From contig NC_042997.1 of the NCBI RefSeq assembly GCF_006345805.1, positions 115,134,001 through 115,198,000 on the forward strand: a stretch of 64,000 nt of DNA, written 5' to 3'. Below, piece by piece: positions 63,216 through 64,000 of this stretch. A program made the translations under genes and the position numbers. The stretch's first letter is position 1; each line of letters starts with the position of its first letter. The notes beneath the pieces are model-generated. The model searched no databases, was not told where the DNA came from, and saw nothing but the letters and a program-made list of their open reading frames with translations. Source of the stretch: Octopus sinensis. Its lineage: Eukaryota.

Positions 63216-64000
63216 ATCAGAAGAGTTAGTACAAGTCACTGAGCCGCCGAGATAAGTAAAGGGCTCGGAATACTTCAGGGGCTCTCCGTGTACTATCACT
63301 GGTTTGAAGTTTCTCAATTTATGAACATATTTCAGTGGGAACTGGTAGAGCAGCCCAGTCTTCGATGTGTTGATCTTGAGGCCAAATATGTCTGTTGCAC
63401 AAGAAAACTGGCCCACAGTGTGTTGCATCATCTCAGTGCTGTTGGCCACGAGCGCTGAGTCGTCTGATACACATTTACCTTATTTTGGTGAAGGCACGAA
63501 AATAGGTTAAGTTGAAGAGCCTTGTCTGTTCTGGTGTGAATGGAAACCCCTTTGTATAGATTAACCTTCGCGTGTTGTTGTTATATATATATAATGTATT
63601 GAGTATTAAAGGAAGTAGTGAGTACTTAGTATGAAAGATTAAGAAAATGAGAGAGACTGAAAAACGTGTTAACGATACGAGATACTTTATTAGACTGCCG
63701 TTGTTGTACAAGGTATTTGTTGTGGCGGGAAACTTACTGAATGTCCTTGTATCAAGGGAGACAATGGGCAACGTTGATTGTTCATGTTTGTTGTGATGAT
63801 TACATAACACGTTGTGTCAAACACAGCTGCGAAGTAAAGCGAGAACAGTGTGAGAGAAAACACACACCCCTGCTTCACACCGTTGGTGACTGGAAATGCT
63901 TCGCTAATTTCTTTGGCAACTGAGACTAACCATTTCACTCCTGTATGGAACAGCTTGATGAAGTTAACAAGCTTGTAGGAGCAGCCATGAGCCTCCAGCA
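63213..64000 (-). mobile_element. Degenerate RTE (BovB-like) LINE RT fragment, runs off the window
   Basis: FPVTNGVKQGCVFSLTLFSLYF, degenerate (Y)SDDSALVANS, GLKINTSKT, FTYLGG motifs with frameshifts. Confidence 0.8.

Overview
Eukaryotic, AT-rich, repeat-dense genomic DNA. The SINE/LINE repertoire and microsatellite load suggest an octopus (inference). Two convergent protein-coding genes can be rebuilt by hand from splice sites and reading frame. On + are the last 15 coding exons of acetoacetyl-CoA synthetase (AACS, 2561-39572; the 5' exons are not in the window), including one GC-AG intron. On - is a complete 4-exon ERp29 gene (61193-43001, 250 aa, signal peptide, C-terminal QDEL). Introns hold a full-length inactivated Tc1 (DD34E) transposon, a 5'-truncated RTE-type LINE with a PHD finger inside its RT, a second RTE fragment, R4/Dong fragments in (TAA)n tracts, several tRNA-derived SINE families, MITEs, Helitron/Helentron-like elements and a 5S rRNA copy. 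The most striking unexplained signal is a ~260-bp tRNA-headed (Pol III A/B box) element present about ten times. It carries a minimal type I hammerhead-ribozyme motif with compensatory stem changes and recurs as head-to-head inverted pairs, so it is a candidate Penelope-related SINE/retrozyme system. All calls were made by eye, with no database searches.
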